From contig NMRA01000832.1 of NCBI GenBank assembly GCA_002633005.1, forward strand, positions 64,861 to 128,860: DNA of 64,000 nucleotides, written 5' to 3'. This DNA is from Phoronis australis. Lineage: Eukaryota > Animalia > Phoronida. The position numbers and the translations under genes are program-made. Positions 44,081-58,051 of this stretch are shown piece after piece (the first letter of the stretch is position 1; every line of letters begins with the position of its first letter). The notes under the pieces were generated by a model. That model did no database searches. It was given only the letters and a program-made list of their open reading frames with translations, and had not been told where the DNA came from.

Positions 44081-46645
44081 GCAAGTTAATTACCGAGTGT
44101 GATATTTTCACGAAGTATTTGTTTTATGAAAAATATCCGTCATTTCAGTTTACAATGAAGTCTCGACAAATTGATGTCGCAAGTTTTAATTTGAATTTTT
44201 AATCCGAATTAACTAATTAAAACAAAGATAAAGTTATGAACAGAACTGTGTTTTAGTTAAAAATAAAACTAAATGGATACTTTCCTCTTTTACTGGCATT
44301 CAAATAATATTGCACGCTCGTATTCAGAATGTCATTGCTATTTCAATTGAAAAAGCAAACCTATGGACGTATATTGTTAAAGCATCCTTTAATTAATTAA
44401 ATATGCATTTTTCATTTCATTTGCATGATACACTCGCTGATCAAACACTGTTCACCTATAACAGAGATGTACATCTATACCTTCAGTTCATTGCTCGGTG
44501 ATTATCGAAAAACAGTCAAAAGAAGACACGCATTAAACCAGTAACGCTTGTATATTTGTACTTGTCAAATAAATCCACGATACTCGTATTAACTGCTTAA
44601 GCTGACAGTCAGTTTTAAGATAACGAGATTCTCAGTGAGTACAAACGTCTGAGATGAGCAGTGATAATTTTTAATGTATCCAAGGAAGTGCCTACAAACT
44701 TAGTGTTTTGCTTTAAAACGTACGCGAAAACATCAATTCTTAAACGTGCGTACGCGAAAAACGTAACAAATAATAGTAATCTATCGCGTTTCTAACTACT
44801 TCTAAATGATTTCCAAGTACGAGTTGAATGAAAATGTTCTCACATAACCTTTGTAGGTGGTCAAATACAAGTAAACAGGTATTTCTATGCATGCCCAATA
44901 TTAAAGTGCCATGATTCTGAGTAAGCTACTATCGGTGATTCGTGTAATATCGGTACAGGGCTTGTGTTTGTTTATTGGTAGCCACACGCGCATTTGCAAT
45001 TCAAGTGGGGCCCCACAAAGAGCCATAAAGCCGAAGAATTTACAAATATACTTGTTGAATGGCATATATCAATCACATGTCTTGATATTAACATAGAGGG
45101 GAACAATTCTTTATGCCAATAAACTTAATATTAAATCAAAGGCATTCCTGTTACTGAATAGAAACGCATAACAACATGCTAACGATGTCAGATGTTACAT
45201 TGCTATAGAATGGGACTTGTGGCCCCATTCAACAGTCAGTTGTAACTGCGCATAAAAGCTGTATTTTACAAACTGACTAAAAGCTTAACATTAAATCGAC
45301 TCAAGTGGTTGTAAGAAGATCGAGATTGGTAGAGACCACCAATTAAATCCCTTTAGTAAATAGACCAAATTACGTGAAAGGTGGATTCTCGACATGTCTT
45401 AAACGTGAAACCACTCGACGTAGTTTGAACAGAGATTCAGAGTCTCGTGAAATGGGCACCGCAATTCAGACGCAACAAACATACATTTAAGTCTGAAATG
45501 GTTTTGATATTTGACCTTTATTGGCTTGCGTTGACAAATATTGTCTTATTAATTGTAGACGACATGGCGTGTTTTTGTAAGGATTCAACGACGCTGTTTG
45601 GCACACTGTTGCTACAATCCTCAATTGATAAGTGTATGTTTTGCGGAGATTCTCTTTGCTTTGGTAGATACCCAGAAAGTCAACGGCGACGAGTTCAAAC
45701 GCCCTTTTTAGCCACACAATTGTATTGCACAAAGCAGCACGACGAGTAATTATAACCTAGAGGGAGGGAGACAATTCCCCTCTCACCCAGACTCATGTGT
45801 GGGTCTGGGCCCAGTTGCATAAAAGTTATACGCCGTATAGCAGCAATGACGTTGCATTATCACGCGTCACGTTGTTATTGTTGAACAATGCACCTGACGT
45901 CATGCAACAATCAAACTTATCCAGTGGATAACTTTTGAAGCTTTATGCAACTAAGCCCTGGAGTATAAAGTTTGGATACTGTTTACGGAGTATTTTCTGC
46001 GCGTGTTTGGAGCTTAGAGGCGCGATTATAGAATTTGTACCTCGGTTAGTTATTTTTTATTTTTTTATTTTCCAAGTTCAAATGAGCAAATACAAAGATC
46101 TGGATTCCCTTGCCTTACTTTACAATCCGATTGTAGGATTTAACTAAAATAAAGTACACGTCCGAGAAGGTGTTTAAAAAACAAAAAAATAAACAAAAGC
46201 ACGTGAGTATTTAGAATAGTTTATGATACACAATTCCTTTAGAAGTTTATGTTATGCATATCTAGGACCCTAGAAAAATTCGGCTAACTTTTGAATGTCA
46301 CATCTGAGGAAAGGTTAATCGGATTCACACCAAACTTCCAAATGCTACGCTTCATGCACCGTTCTCTATAACTTTATTAGGAATTGTTTTTTAAATATTC
46401 CACGTTCGCGTAAGGGGCGATCAAAATAGCAAAAATAGGACTTCAATGATTTTATGAAAAATAAAAGGCTGCGTAAAACAAGAACGGGGTATTAATTTAG
46501 AAAACCGTAGCAGATTTTGTGAGATTTCATCTTGAACATTTATATCAAACGAAATTTGTTCATGATCAAGTTAGCAAGTTAGGTGAGTTTCGCTTTAAAT
46601 GTTTTACATTCTATTTCAACGTCTTCATCTCCATTCTTGTTTCAG

Positions 46646-47183
46646 ATTCTTGTCAAAGCGTATAAAGGCAGATCTCTATGATATAAAAACGCGCACGAAA
46701 AGTTTAGAGGGAACAAAGTCAACGTGGCAAGGTACCGAAGGCCATCAAACAGGATCCAATGCAAATAGCTGTAAAAGAGAAAAACAAACCACGCCAGCAT
46801 TACTTAAGAATCATCGTACTTTACCACTGATTGAAGAAGGGAGTTTGACAGAATCCGAAAGCGGACGCAATTCAAACCACCGCAAAAAAAGAAAGAAAAA
46901 TCCTGGGGAAATTGTTTTACCAAAAATAAACGGAACTCCATCAGTGAAATTTAGCACGAAACATTTTCAAACTCGAGTACTGGCCATTCATCGAACGTTG
47001 AAGTCCTTGGAAAAGGCAAGAATTGAATGTAAGAAACTCAGAGATACAGACTCGAGTTTACACAATCAACCTGCACGTGGAGCTTTCAAGCCTCCCATGA
47101 TGCCTTCTGTGATAGTGACTGCAGATGACTATGAAAAGACATTTGTTACGAACAGGCAAAATGCCGCATTTGCGCACTTTTGA
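46646..47183 (+). CDS. Uncharacterised coiled-coil/basic protein, coding exon 2 (about 239 aa in total)
   Basis: ttcttgtttcAG acceptor in phase 2 within 194 aa ORF 46599..47183; FLSKRIKADLYDIK...AAFAHF*; AATAAA at 47255. Confidence 0.7.
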
Positions 47184-48646
47184 TTATCACAATAATAAGA
47201 AAACAAGTACAGATATTAGAAGCCAATGAAATCACTTCTTTTTCATGTATGGCTAATAAAGGCATTGTCATGTTTTCTTAGTCATCGTATGGGTTATACA
47301 GTTCTTGGGCAGCCAATATTCAAATAATAAAATGAAACCTTTTGAAAATTTGTCTTAGGATTGTGGTCTTTGAGAGGATATGTGAAGAAATGGTGAGGTA
47401 AATTCCAAGGTGAGTTTTATTTCAGGCCTCAAGCAATTCTAGAATTGCAAATAATGGAGTATAGTCTCGGAAATAAAGTATAGACACCAGTCCCTAAATA
47501 TCCTTTTTCTAGTGTTTGCTGACGTGTCAAAAGAAGTCATATTGATGAGAAAGGGAAAGGGAGAAAAAGGTGGGTGGGATGAGAGAGAGAGAAGGATAGA
47601 GCAAGGGGAATCTCCTGGTTTGTAGACAGGCGCCTTGTCACTAGTTGGGCCAGAAACCCGACCTCAGGCTGTCTGAAATTGGGTATAACTTAAAACGTAG
47701 AACTGATTGAAACGAACTAAAGGAATGTTTCGTATATTTTATTTTATTTTCTTCGTAATAAGAAATCTCAATTAAGTTCCATCACCTAAGTGTCATTTTA
47801 ACGTTACAATGTTTTTATTCGAAGCACTAGTTCGTTCATTCTGAATTGAGGGCATTTTTATCAGGGATGACCACCTTGCAAGGAAACTATTATTTGAAAC
47901 AGCTTCATAACAGATAAATGGACCATCGCAGAAAATACCAGCGTTTTCCTATAGAACGGTTAAACCATGCATGCACAGATAGGAGCCTGGGCGTGTGCTC
48001 CCCGTAGACGAAAAACTCGCGAAAACGCAAGGTCACGTAACATTTTGAGAGATATCGCCACATATTACACGTGACTTGCTAGCTTTTTACGCGAGGGTCC
48101 ATGGAGTCTATCGGCGCACTCCCGTTCGGTTCTTTTTAAATTGCCGCACAGTCCCTGTCCCTTGCGAATTGTCGCTGACCCCTCGGAAACAAAACTCAGA
48201 GTGAAACTAAGTCAAAGGAAGGCACTGGCTAACGCGGAACGCAACATCCGATCGACAGACTATAGATGATCAGCCTTATTACTGAGAGAACTTGTTTGAG
48301 TTGAATCATGAATATATGTGATGTTAAGACTTCAATTGATACGAAAACATATCATAAACCAACCAAAATCAGGTCAGTTACGTCATTCTAATAGCTATTG
48401 AACAGCTTGAGTGTTAGAACAAATAAAACTTTGAGTGATCCACTCTTCGACGAGGAGTTAATGTAACTCGAAACTTTAGTTTCCCAGGGTAACTATTTTT
48501 CTAATACCGCTCTATTGTTTAATTGAACTGCTTGGACACGAACCACTTAATTTTCTCATCCTTCATGACCAAGAATAACGTGGAAAATATATCTGAAACT
48601 AAATAAGGCGATCCAGATCCTCCCAAGGATACTATTGTTTCGTGAA

Positions 48647-49058
48647 ATGAAGAATATAAATCGGTAAATAAAACAACAAGAATGGATCAACTGAAATTTG
48701 AAATTTTCGGAGGTAACAACTTCCTTTATCAACAAAAACAGAAATAAAGTAAAATCAAACACGAAATGACAATTGACATATAAGATATGGTGTAATGAAA
48801 ATGATACNAATATTGGATAGACAAACTGAATACAATAGAACCTCATGGATTGAACATAAAAACTTAAAATATGTCATTGAATTTTTTACGCAAAAATGTA
48901 TCATTTTCATTACACCATATCTTATATGTCAATTGTCATTTCGTGTTTGATTTTACTTTATTTCTGTTTTTGTTGATAAAGGAAGTTGTTACCTCCGAAA
49001 ATTTCAAATTTCAGTTGATCCATTCTTGTTGTTTTATTTACCGATTTATATTCTTCAT
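48647..49058. repeat. 161-bp inverted duplication (48647-48807 / 48898-49058)
   Basis: Arms appear identical; the left arm ends exactly at a single N (48808). Confidence 0.9.
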
Positions 49059-50020
49059 GACCAAGGAAATACGTAATCTGCTCTAACGTGGCTCGTGTCT
49101 GTCTGGCAATAATAAGGAAACGTACGATATTCGAGATAATACGTTTCCGTGGTTACGGTGTCAAGAGTGCGAAAAGTCACATGGTTCAAGAAAATGTCGG
49201 GACGTTTATGATAAAGACGATATGTGTTTATAGTTCTAAGTTTAAATCGTGTTTTTCACGGGAATTCCCTAATAACAAGTGCACAATTTTTATGATGAGA
49301 AATAGTACCCGGATGTGCAATGTGACAATTTCTGTTTACTGAGGATGTCTGTTTTCCTGTTACTACCATTAAGAATGAAACCGATACAAGCAATGTTTTT
49401 TCACGGAGTTATAAAGCAAAATTATATCGAACATGTTTTTGAAATTCCTTTTAAATGCTCTGTTTTTGCTTAATTTTGTTTAACGTGAATTCAGGTGAAT
49501 AAACCCTAACTAGATTACTTTATCAAAGAGTTTTAATTTTCGGTGTTAGCGTCGGAAGATTTATAATCGCCAGATTGGACTTGGGGAGACTTTGATGATA
49601 AACATTAGACGTAGGCTAGCATTCTGAGCGAATGTATTAATTGTAGCAATTTCTAGTGTATTTCAAAATGAGTTGGTGGTTTTCAATAGATTATTTTCAT
49701 TTGTAAATTAACTAAATAATATGTTTTCCTACTAGTCGCATAACCTTTGAAGTGATAGCTCGTTACTGTACTGCAAACCAACTTTGCCTGTCAAAATTTT
49801 GCCTCAAATACAGAACATTTTCAAAATGTTTGTCAAAATGAAGCCATTGAAGTATTAGCTGACTAACCAGCGGTAGGATACTTTAAAGGGATGATGGACA
49901 CTGGTTTGGGGAGTTGACGATTACCTGCTGATGAATAATCAACACTGCTTCGCATTAAAAGGTCTTTCCTTCACCGCCAGTAACGCGACCAGTGCCTAGT
50001 CATCAGGAGTGAAGTAGCAT

Positions 50021-50072
50021 TAGTGGTAGTAGTAAAGTAGTAGTGGTGGTGGTGGTGGTGGTGGTGGTGGTG
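50021..50072. repeat. (GTA)n/(GTG)n microsatellite
   Basis: Directly visible. Confidence 0.9.
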
Positions 50073-51460
50073 AACAAAAACAGAAAGATCCCTGAACAAA
50101 TTCATCATTAAAAAAATAAGCTCATCTACATTAGAAAAATCCAAGAAGTAGAATGCAAGTTGCTGGCCTCATTTTATAGTTTTCTACGTAAGTCTTGACA
50201 TAGAGCACAGTGACACACAAAATAAAGTTCATCTTCTACAGCACTGAGACCTCATAAGCGAAATAACCTATTTTCTGGTTCAATATTAGTGTATCTTCCA
50301 ACCTCTCCAATGGAATGATGCCAAATCTGAACTGACTGATTTTAGTCCTTATACCTTCCTTCCAGTTTTCCTCGCCAATACCGAAAATAATATAATTCAT
50401 GCTTTCTATATCACAGAATCACCTGTATGTACCAATACCAACTTCTTATTAACAGTATTTTCTTTTTTGGTTCTCGTTCATGTTCTGCGTCTCATTATGT
50501 TTTCTAGGATTTTTCACCGTTGCTAGCCATGCTTGCTAATTAGCACAGGTAGTATACTGATTCTATGACAACCGTTTTGTAATCTATGAAATTTACAAGT
50601 GAATATTGTGAGGTGAAAGGAAAATGCAAAAAATTGGCAAATATAAAATAAATTGCCACCGAGATTTTGGAGATTTGACAAGGGCAGTGCGTTGCTATGC
50701 AGGCTGGCAAAAGCTATACCGCTAACCCCTAAACAAATCTAAAGGTACTGGAATCCACATCAAGGTCTGACTGCAATGTTAATGTGGATAAACCGGGATT
50801 GAAAGCAATAACGACAGGCACTCAATAAAACATGCAGCGAAAAATCTCGGCTTACACAAGGTATAGTGGAAATGATGAATATTATCGGTGACAACGATCA
50901 GTTTTTCTCCCATAATTCAGCATTCTTGCGGCCATTTGAGTAACCTGTCGCACACGGTGTAATTTGACCGTGGCGCTGTGACCACTGGCTTAGATGTATA
51001 GGATCTAAAATGCCCTGTGTTACTATTCATGCAAATTTTTGAAGCCAGTATGGAACAATTCCTACTACACTTTAAGTGGCATCAGACAAAAAACTTTTCG
51101 CCCGTTTCAGACAGACGACATTGTGGGCTGAAACGTTGCGCGACACATCAGTCGACATCAGATTAGTGTGAACGCAGCCACCAGATGGCGAGACCGGCTC
51201 GACAGCAAGAGGGTTACAAAAAACTTGTCGCGCACTTAACTTCTATCAGCACAAGAGTCTGGCTTGTGAACACATCTGACACCTGATTCTTGATTAGTCA
51301 GTCAACGACGAGATCAACTGATGTATTTAAATCAACTGAACATAAAAAGCATGCTTTAAAAACTTTTACAGTACAACTGTGCTTCTCAAGTTTATAGTTC
51401 ATACAAGTTATCCAAAAAAGACCAGCACCAGCGTGTAATTAAAATCAATGACTAGTAATC

Positions 51461-51529
51461 ATAGGCGACGCACCATAGGGGGCTGGGGGGCTATAGCACC
51501 CACTTTTTTTCAGTGCTGCGCCGCCCATG
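51461..51529. mobile_element. 69-bp mini-MITE with TIRs CATAGGCGACGCA / TGCGCCGCCCATG
   Basis: Terminal inverted repeats; GTAAT on both flanks (possible 5-bp TSD). Confidence 0.6.
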
Positions 51530-52658
51530 GTAATTAGATAAATATTTGTCTCGGAAAATGACTGAAAATGAGATAGGTAAGAGACACATTTAAATGTTGA
51601 AATACGCATAAGGCTACTCAGATTGTAGCTTGAGATGGTTAAAATCTAACCATTTGGCCTTGCTTTCAACATGTTCACTAGTTCGTACACTCTAATGCCG
51701 ATTATAGAGGCCGCTGTATGAAAGACTAACCAAGAACTGATGAACACCATATCGTGGAGATGGGCGACATTTCGTGAGTCGGATAAAAATAGTTCACAAA
51801 AGAACCTTTTTTAAATCGAAATTGAAAGGTTTAGGTAGGTCTACTTAAAAGGGTACTAAACCCTGTTTGCTGATTTCAACCAATCCCCGTCACCTGCTAA
51901 TGCATCATTAGTGTCAATCGTGAAAGATAAGCAGGAACAAACTAAAAACTCACACCCCCTGTCTCACAAATTGGACATTAAGATCCTTGGTGGGTGGTCT
52001 TTTCCCCACAGTTGCAGTGTAATTTTCTAGAAGCGTGGGTCAGGCTTGTCGTTTAGTAGACTTTGAAAGGAGTTTTCAAATTTTCTTGCCAAATTTTGAG
52101 GCTTGTCGGGAATTACAGAACATTATTTTGTTGCAGAGAATTGGATGGGGGAAGTCGTTTTTAGTATTTGTTAATAGGGCAAAACTCGATTTGGTATCCT
52201 TTTAATGAATCGTTGCCATGGACACGTGGTGTGAAAATGTCACTTAGGTGGATGCAACGAAGAACATCAAAAAATTTATTACAGCCCGAGGAAGTTCCCT
52301 AATGGGTAGTTGATGGAAATTAGGTTTTAACATGTTACCCAAAAGCATTTGTGCAACTTAAAGCGGCTGTAAACTATGATGTGGTTTTTATAACAACTTA
52401 ATATACAGGCGTATTATTTTACTTTTCCAATGCAACTTCATCGCGATGATCTTTTGTTTGAATTGAGTAGCCCCAAGTGGAATTCCGTTTTGAATTCTAT
52501 ACAGCCTTTGCGGCTGAAATTGAACACGCCGTGTCAAGTAACTTAAGAATATCTCAAACCTTATTCACAAATATTTACCATTTTTACAATATTTCACATA
52601 TGTCTCGGGGAACTTCAAAAAAGATTCGGCAGAACCACCTTGGAACCGCACAACCGCC

Positions 52659-53212
52659 NNNNNNNNNNNNNNNNNNNNNNNNNNNNNNNNNNNNNNNNNN
52701 NNNNNNNNNNNNNNNNNNNNNNNNNNNNNNNNNNNNNNNNNNNNNNNNNNNNNNNNNNNNNNNNNNNNNNNNNNNNNNNNNNNNNNNNNNNNNNNNNNNN
52801 NNNNNNNNNNNNNNNNNNNNNNNNNNNNNNNNNNNNNNNNNNNNNNNNNNNNNNNNNNNNNNNNNNNNNNNNNNNNNNNNNNNNNNNNNNNNNNNNNNNN
52901 NNNNNNNNNNNNNNNNNNNNNNNNNNNNNNNNNNNNNNNNNNNNNNNNNNNNNNNNNNNNNNNNNNNNNNNNNNNNNNNNNNNNNNNNNNNNNNNNNNNN
53001 NNNNNNNNNNNNNNNNNNNNNNNNNNNNNNNNNNNNNNNNNNNNNNNNNNNNNNNNNNNNNNNNNNNNNNNNNNNNNNNNNNNNNNNNNNNNNNNNNNNN
53101 NNNNNNNNNNNNNNNNNNNNNNNNNNNNNNNNNNNNNNNNNNNNNNNNNNNNNNNNNNNNNNNNNNNNNNNNNNNNNNNNNNNNNNNNNNNNNNNNNNNN
53201 NNNNNNNNNNNN
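52659..53212. other. Assembly gap (554 N), followed by a GA-rich microsatellite
   Basis: Run of N; single Ns also at 15749, 20019 and 48808. Confidence 0.99.
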
Positions 53213-54542
53213 GAGAGGGAGAGAGGGAGAGAGGGAGAGAGGGAGAGAGGGAGAGGGAGTATGTTCACAGTACCTGGCCCTTTCAGCCCCGCGCCCCAGA
53301 TCAGCTCCCAACAACACCCTATACCTTGCATTTCGAGGTCAGTCCACACTGACCCTCGGCTGCATCCTCACAGAAATCTTGCAGACGCACTGCCAGACTG
53401 AACGCGACGATTGGTATTTTGTTTGGTCGGGAAACCACCACAGGGTTGAAAACGATCTTGGATTGTTAGATTTGAGATGAAGAGGATCAACGACAACAGT
53501 TCCCAAGGTGAAAGCACTGACAGTCTAAAGTCTCGCCGCTCGATTGCTGTAACATCTTGCTACACTCCCAGTCTCCATGATTAGCCTACAAACGGGTGCG
53601 CTGGTCCTACCATAGTCTCGCATGCCTTATCTTTGTGCCAGAAATACCGAATTTGTGAAAAAGTAGTTACTTAGAGTATTTCCGGTTTAAATCCTATCGG
53701 TATCGAAAGAACCTCTCAGGTATGTTGTCTAAACCACGTGAACGTGGGAAAATATTGTAAGACACAAATTAAAGAAGAGCGCTTTTGGAACACCCTGTAC
53801 ATTCTAACAACACGTGTGTTGGTGCAGATTGTTAGCTTTCTCTCGGCGAGAAAATCTAACCAAAATCACGTGAAGTGTAATCTCATTGAAAACACACTGC
53901 AAAATCTCTCATAGTCTCGCTAAGTCCTAGCGTTACTGAACTCTAACCAGCCTTCACCCATGAATTAGAATTATCTATCGCCATCTAGCGACACAGCTAC
54001 ACTACTTTTAAAATGGTGGCTTCTCGCGTACTGAATGAGTTTTTCATCAGGCAACGCATAGCTTTTTATGTCACGACTTCAAGTTCTTAAATCTAATTTT
54101 GCTCAAAAAAAACAAAGACGAAAATGGTAAAACATTCGACTGAAATATGAAATTAATTAAACCACGTCACAGTTTGATAAAAATATACATGTTGCTGGTG
54201 AACGGTAAAGTACCAAAATAGGATCCCTGCTGAGGGTTGAGGACCACATCAATTATATACGCCTCTTGACCGGATCAATTATCGCCATAATGCACTCAAA
54301 ACAAGGATGCGATAAAGAGCCTCTTAAGTACAAATATTTATTTATACAAGGTTTTATTTGAAGGCTATAAGTGCGTTCAATTTCTTGCAATGAATATTTT
54401 CTGCAACACTTGTCAGTTTCGCTACATTTCTTTCCAAACCCACTGTTACGTCACCATGTTACGTCACCATTTTAAAATTACAGAACAAGCTCTATAAATC
54501 CTTCTCCGCACTGTGATAGACGTTTTGATGTGCTTGTTTTAA

Positions 54543-55089
54543 AGGGGCATAGAATGTGGAAAATAGACTAAATTACATTGTTCAAAGTGGTTTGCTACCA
54601 CTGAAACAGAAGTCAAAACTGCTCACCAGGTATTTTCGCGGTTTTTGTCCGTAAGGATTTTGAATTTCTGTTTATGTCAAAGCATTTTTCATTTAGTTTC
54701 AAATTTAAAAAAAGACACACTCACGCCAAAGCACGTCTTTTAATTTGGTGTGGCAAAACGCAGACGTAGCACATTTCCCTTACATGCAAAATGTGACCTT
54801 TGATGACATTTGATGGAAATAAAACAAGCAATGTCAAGCTGCAGCCAGTCTGACTTCTTTGAGCGCATGTGCGCATATGTATCATAAGGGGCGGGGAATT
54901 TGTATTGGGATGAAAGAGTTTTTATTTCGTGTGTACTTCAAAAATAGTGCCAAAGAATCTAACAATTTTTCTTGAAATTCTTGCAGTAATTAATCAATGT
55001 GAACAACGCTCACGTTAGCATCCCAAAAGCAGATTTGCCACGATTTGTCTAAAATACATTTTTTGCAAATTTTCGTGTTCCATGCCTCT
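54543..55089 (+). mobile_element. Kolobok-type MITE, copy A
   Basis: TTAA on both sides; imperfect TIRs AGGGGCATAGAATGTGGAA / TTCGTGTTCCATGCCTCT; body collinear with 59727 onward. Confidence 0.75.
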
Positions 55090-55929
55090 TTAACATGCAG
55101 GAGCATAAACATGTAGTGCAATCTTCTGACGGCGAGTGTCGCTTGATCCGCGATATGCTAAGCTTTCATAAGAATCAGCAATGTTATAGATAGATGTTTT
55201 CGTAAAACAAAAACAAAACAGTGGTTTTTTACGTTTCACAAGTTCACCAATAACCCGAATTTTTGTGGTTTTGATACTTGGGCGTATAGAGTTTGTATAT
55301 TCCAAAATCAATCATGACCTGAAACCTGCTCAAGTTACTAAAATGTCGTCACCTCACGACGTAATTTACTTAGAGCTAAAACTTGTGTAAAAACGTCGTA
55401 AATTTAAATGGAATTACTTCTAACTCATGCGCGTGAAGACACGACCTTTGCTCACGGGATTTGATTGCAGAAACCCGCTGCTCAGTCTCATTGACTGCGA
55501 CGATTGAAACCCGCGGACTAATTTGCCTCAAAGTGGAATTTTCCCGTAGCTAATTTCAACAGATACATGAATTCGTAAAAGTTTTATTCAGTATAGGTTT
55601 AGCAGATCACAGACACTCAATGTACGTGCTTCTCTGATGGCACAACAACAATCGATGTACTATGCATTCAGGTATGTTTCGTGACAACAGTGAAGATAGA
55701 ACAATGCAAATTTAGTTTTCGATTTTTTTGCGGAGGGCCGAGTCTGGTCAAGTAAAGCCAGCTCTTGTGGAAATTTCAGTCTGCATTTTGTACTAATGTT
55801 GAGGTGCAGCATGGCACGCCTGCCAACCCGTGTGACGTCAAGCGAGCTTGAGAAAACGTCAACGAAGACAGCAAAGACACACTGTTCCATGGTGTTCCGT
55901 GCTTTTCTATTCAAATACCTATACATTAA

Positions 55930-57619
55930 AGGAGAATGCCACCCGATTTAATTAGTCTTTTTTTACCGTCTTAATAGGTCTATATCCACATCGCCTCTTA
56001 CAAGGTCGAACTCACCTTGCCGAGAGGTGTCGCGTTAACCTGTGAGGAAGGTGAGAAACGACGCAGCGACGTCAGTGGTTCGTTTGCAGAGTGAATGCCG
56101 CTATATTGCGGTGCATCTTTCCCGCTTGTCCGAACTATGAAGCTGAAAAGAAAGCGGGTATATCGTTTTTTTCGACTTCATCGAGAGCCCGAAATGCTTA
56201 GAAAGTGTCTCGCAGTAGAGAAAAATGAAAGGTACGCTGGTAGTAGCAAGTTTGAGGCCGTGAAACATCTCCGTGTCTGTGGCTGGCATTTCGTCGACAG
56301 TGATTTCTCTGACGAATTCCTGCTTACCAAAGAACTATCCATACATTCCGTTGCCTGTGCATGTTCACGGCGCCTGTCTTAGTATTTCTTGATTAGTGTA
56401 TTCCGGTTCGAACTGATAGTCTGTGAAACCTAACGATCCGACCCGTGAAGTCTTCGTCGGATGAGCTCTTGACTAAGTCGGGATTCATTGGCGCCGTGCG
56501 AGTTGCCATGTAGACATTTATTATTCTGCGTTCAGTTTCAAAATGAATTATTCTCATCCTAACTAATGCTTATATAAAACTGAAACAAAGTCTGTCTCAT
56601 TAGATACAATTTGTAATGCCTTTGCAGTATTCGTGAGTGCAAATGTTGAGAAGCCAGCAATGAATAAACCACTGCGTTACCGGCTTTTGATGCCGGCAAT
56701 AAAGGTAACTGACCGGCCACCGAGGCCGTTTGAGCGCATGCTAATTCAGTGTTTGCTGACAGAAAGCCCTTGTGAAACAATTACTCGATTTTATATGCTA
56801 TGGTCACATGTTAGGGGAACCTTTATTTAGAAATACAAATACATTATTCAAATCATTGTTACTGTACAACCTTTGCCCTGACGGTCTGTGGAAGGGGAAC
56901 CCGACTTCGCGGCCCCAGACAAGTAAGTAGATTTTCAGTTTCGTGGCTAATTCACATAAATAATTACGTGCACATTATTTCTTTGGCTCACTTTTATAGT
57001 CTTTTAGAGACTGGAGGTTTAGTTTCCAACTCAAGCTGGCGGCCGCGACGGGCGTGATCGGGTTCCGAGACACTAGCCGGGATAACGAGTCAGTCCGGCC
57101 GCGACGGGCTTGATCGGGTTCCGAGCCACTGGCCGGGATAACAAGCGCATTGTGTGTTTAGAACTCAAAAAATCACAAGTCTAAACCACACAGATCTAGG
57201 TTCTCCTGTTTGTATTCACGGAAGAATACTTCGAATTTATCTCCGAACAGACCCCAAACTCCTACTCCGGACCTTGGCGAATTTTGTAGGCTACGGTGTG
57301 TCCAAATACCAATAAATCCGTAACAGCGAAATAAAACAACACGTTTTTATAAGAACTCGGTGTATTTGTAAGAGTTTTACATTGAAGTTTGATGATTTAT
57401 TGATGTTAAACGGTGAATTCAACCCATGAGCTGACACCAGTAACCCGTGTTGTGAACTGCTGAACACACTGCGTGTGAAACCAATGACGACATTGGATAA
57501 TTTCAACACCTCCGTCTGTCGTCAGGTGTCAAGTAACGTAACCGAACGTGCCGTTTTCGAGTAGAATTACTCGATCTAAATTGATACAAAATAGGTTGTT
57601 TTTTGGGTGGCATTCTCCT
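55930..57619 (+). mobile_element. 1.69 kb Kolobok-superfamily DNA transposon derivative with THAP-domain relic
   Basis: Perfect 15-bp TIRs AGGAGAATGCCACCC / GGGTGGCATTCTCCT, TTAA target duplication, purine termini, internal THAP-like relic. Confidence 0.85.
56095..56382 (+). pseudogene. THAP zinc-finger relic of the transposase
   Basis: With frameshifts reads MPLYC...CPNYEAEKKAGISFFRL...LRK(C)L...HLRVCGWHFVDSDF, the C2CH THAP pattern. Confidence 0.75.
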
Positions 57620-58051
57620 TTAAGGTGAGCACGGCAGAGCACTGAACACCGTAGTGCAAAATGAAACATTATATTTCTCATTGCCTGAGTCGAGATCTTG
57701 AAACTGGATTTTCATGCTTTCTGTATTCAGCCTGATTAAATACGACTAACAAGTCGTAGATATGTCAAAAGTCTGCTAGGTATCAGTATCGATAGTATTG
57801 GTGCCTAGCTCATCTGCGAAGGCAGTCGGCGCACCAATTTTCTAATAGCAGGCTGATTGTTGTTCCATTCAATGCGGTCCGCTACTGACAGGAGGAAGAC
57901 CAAGCGAGGCAAGGACAGAAGGAGACGATTTATTGAGTACACCTGTTTGACACTTCGATAATGCCGAGGCATTGGTATTACGAATATAAGGGAAACAGCG
58001 CGATCATAAGAATCTGACAAGCAAAACGACATTCCTTTATGAGTTTCTACT

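Noticed and set aside
48556-49086. Two ORFs with identical peptide on opposite strands
   Set aside because: Consequence of the AT-rich inverted duplication; no coding features
51735-51785. CTGATGA-stem-GACA hammerhead-like motif
   Set aside because: GAAA core is broken and stems I and III are not convincing
52477-53401. Long ORFs of 244-291 aa
   Set aside because: Artefacts of translating through the N gap
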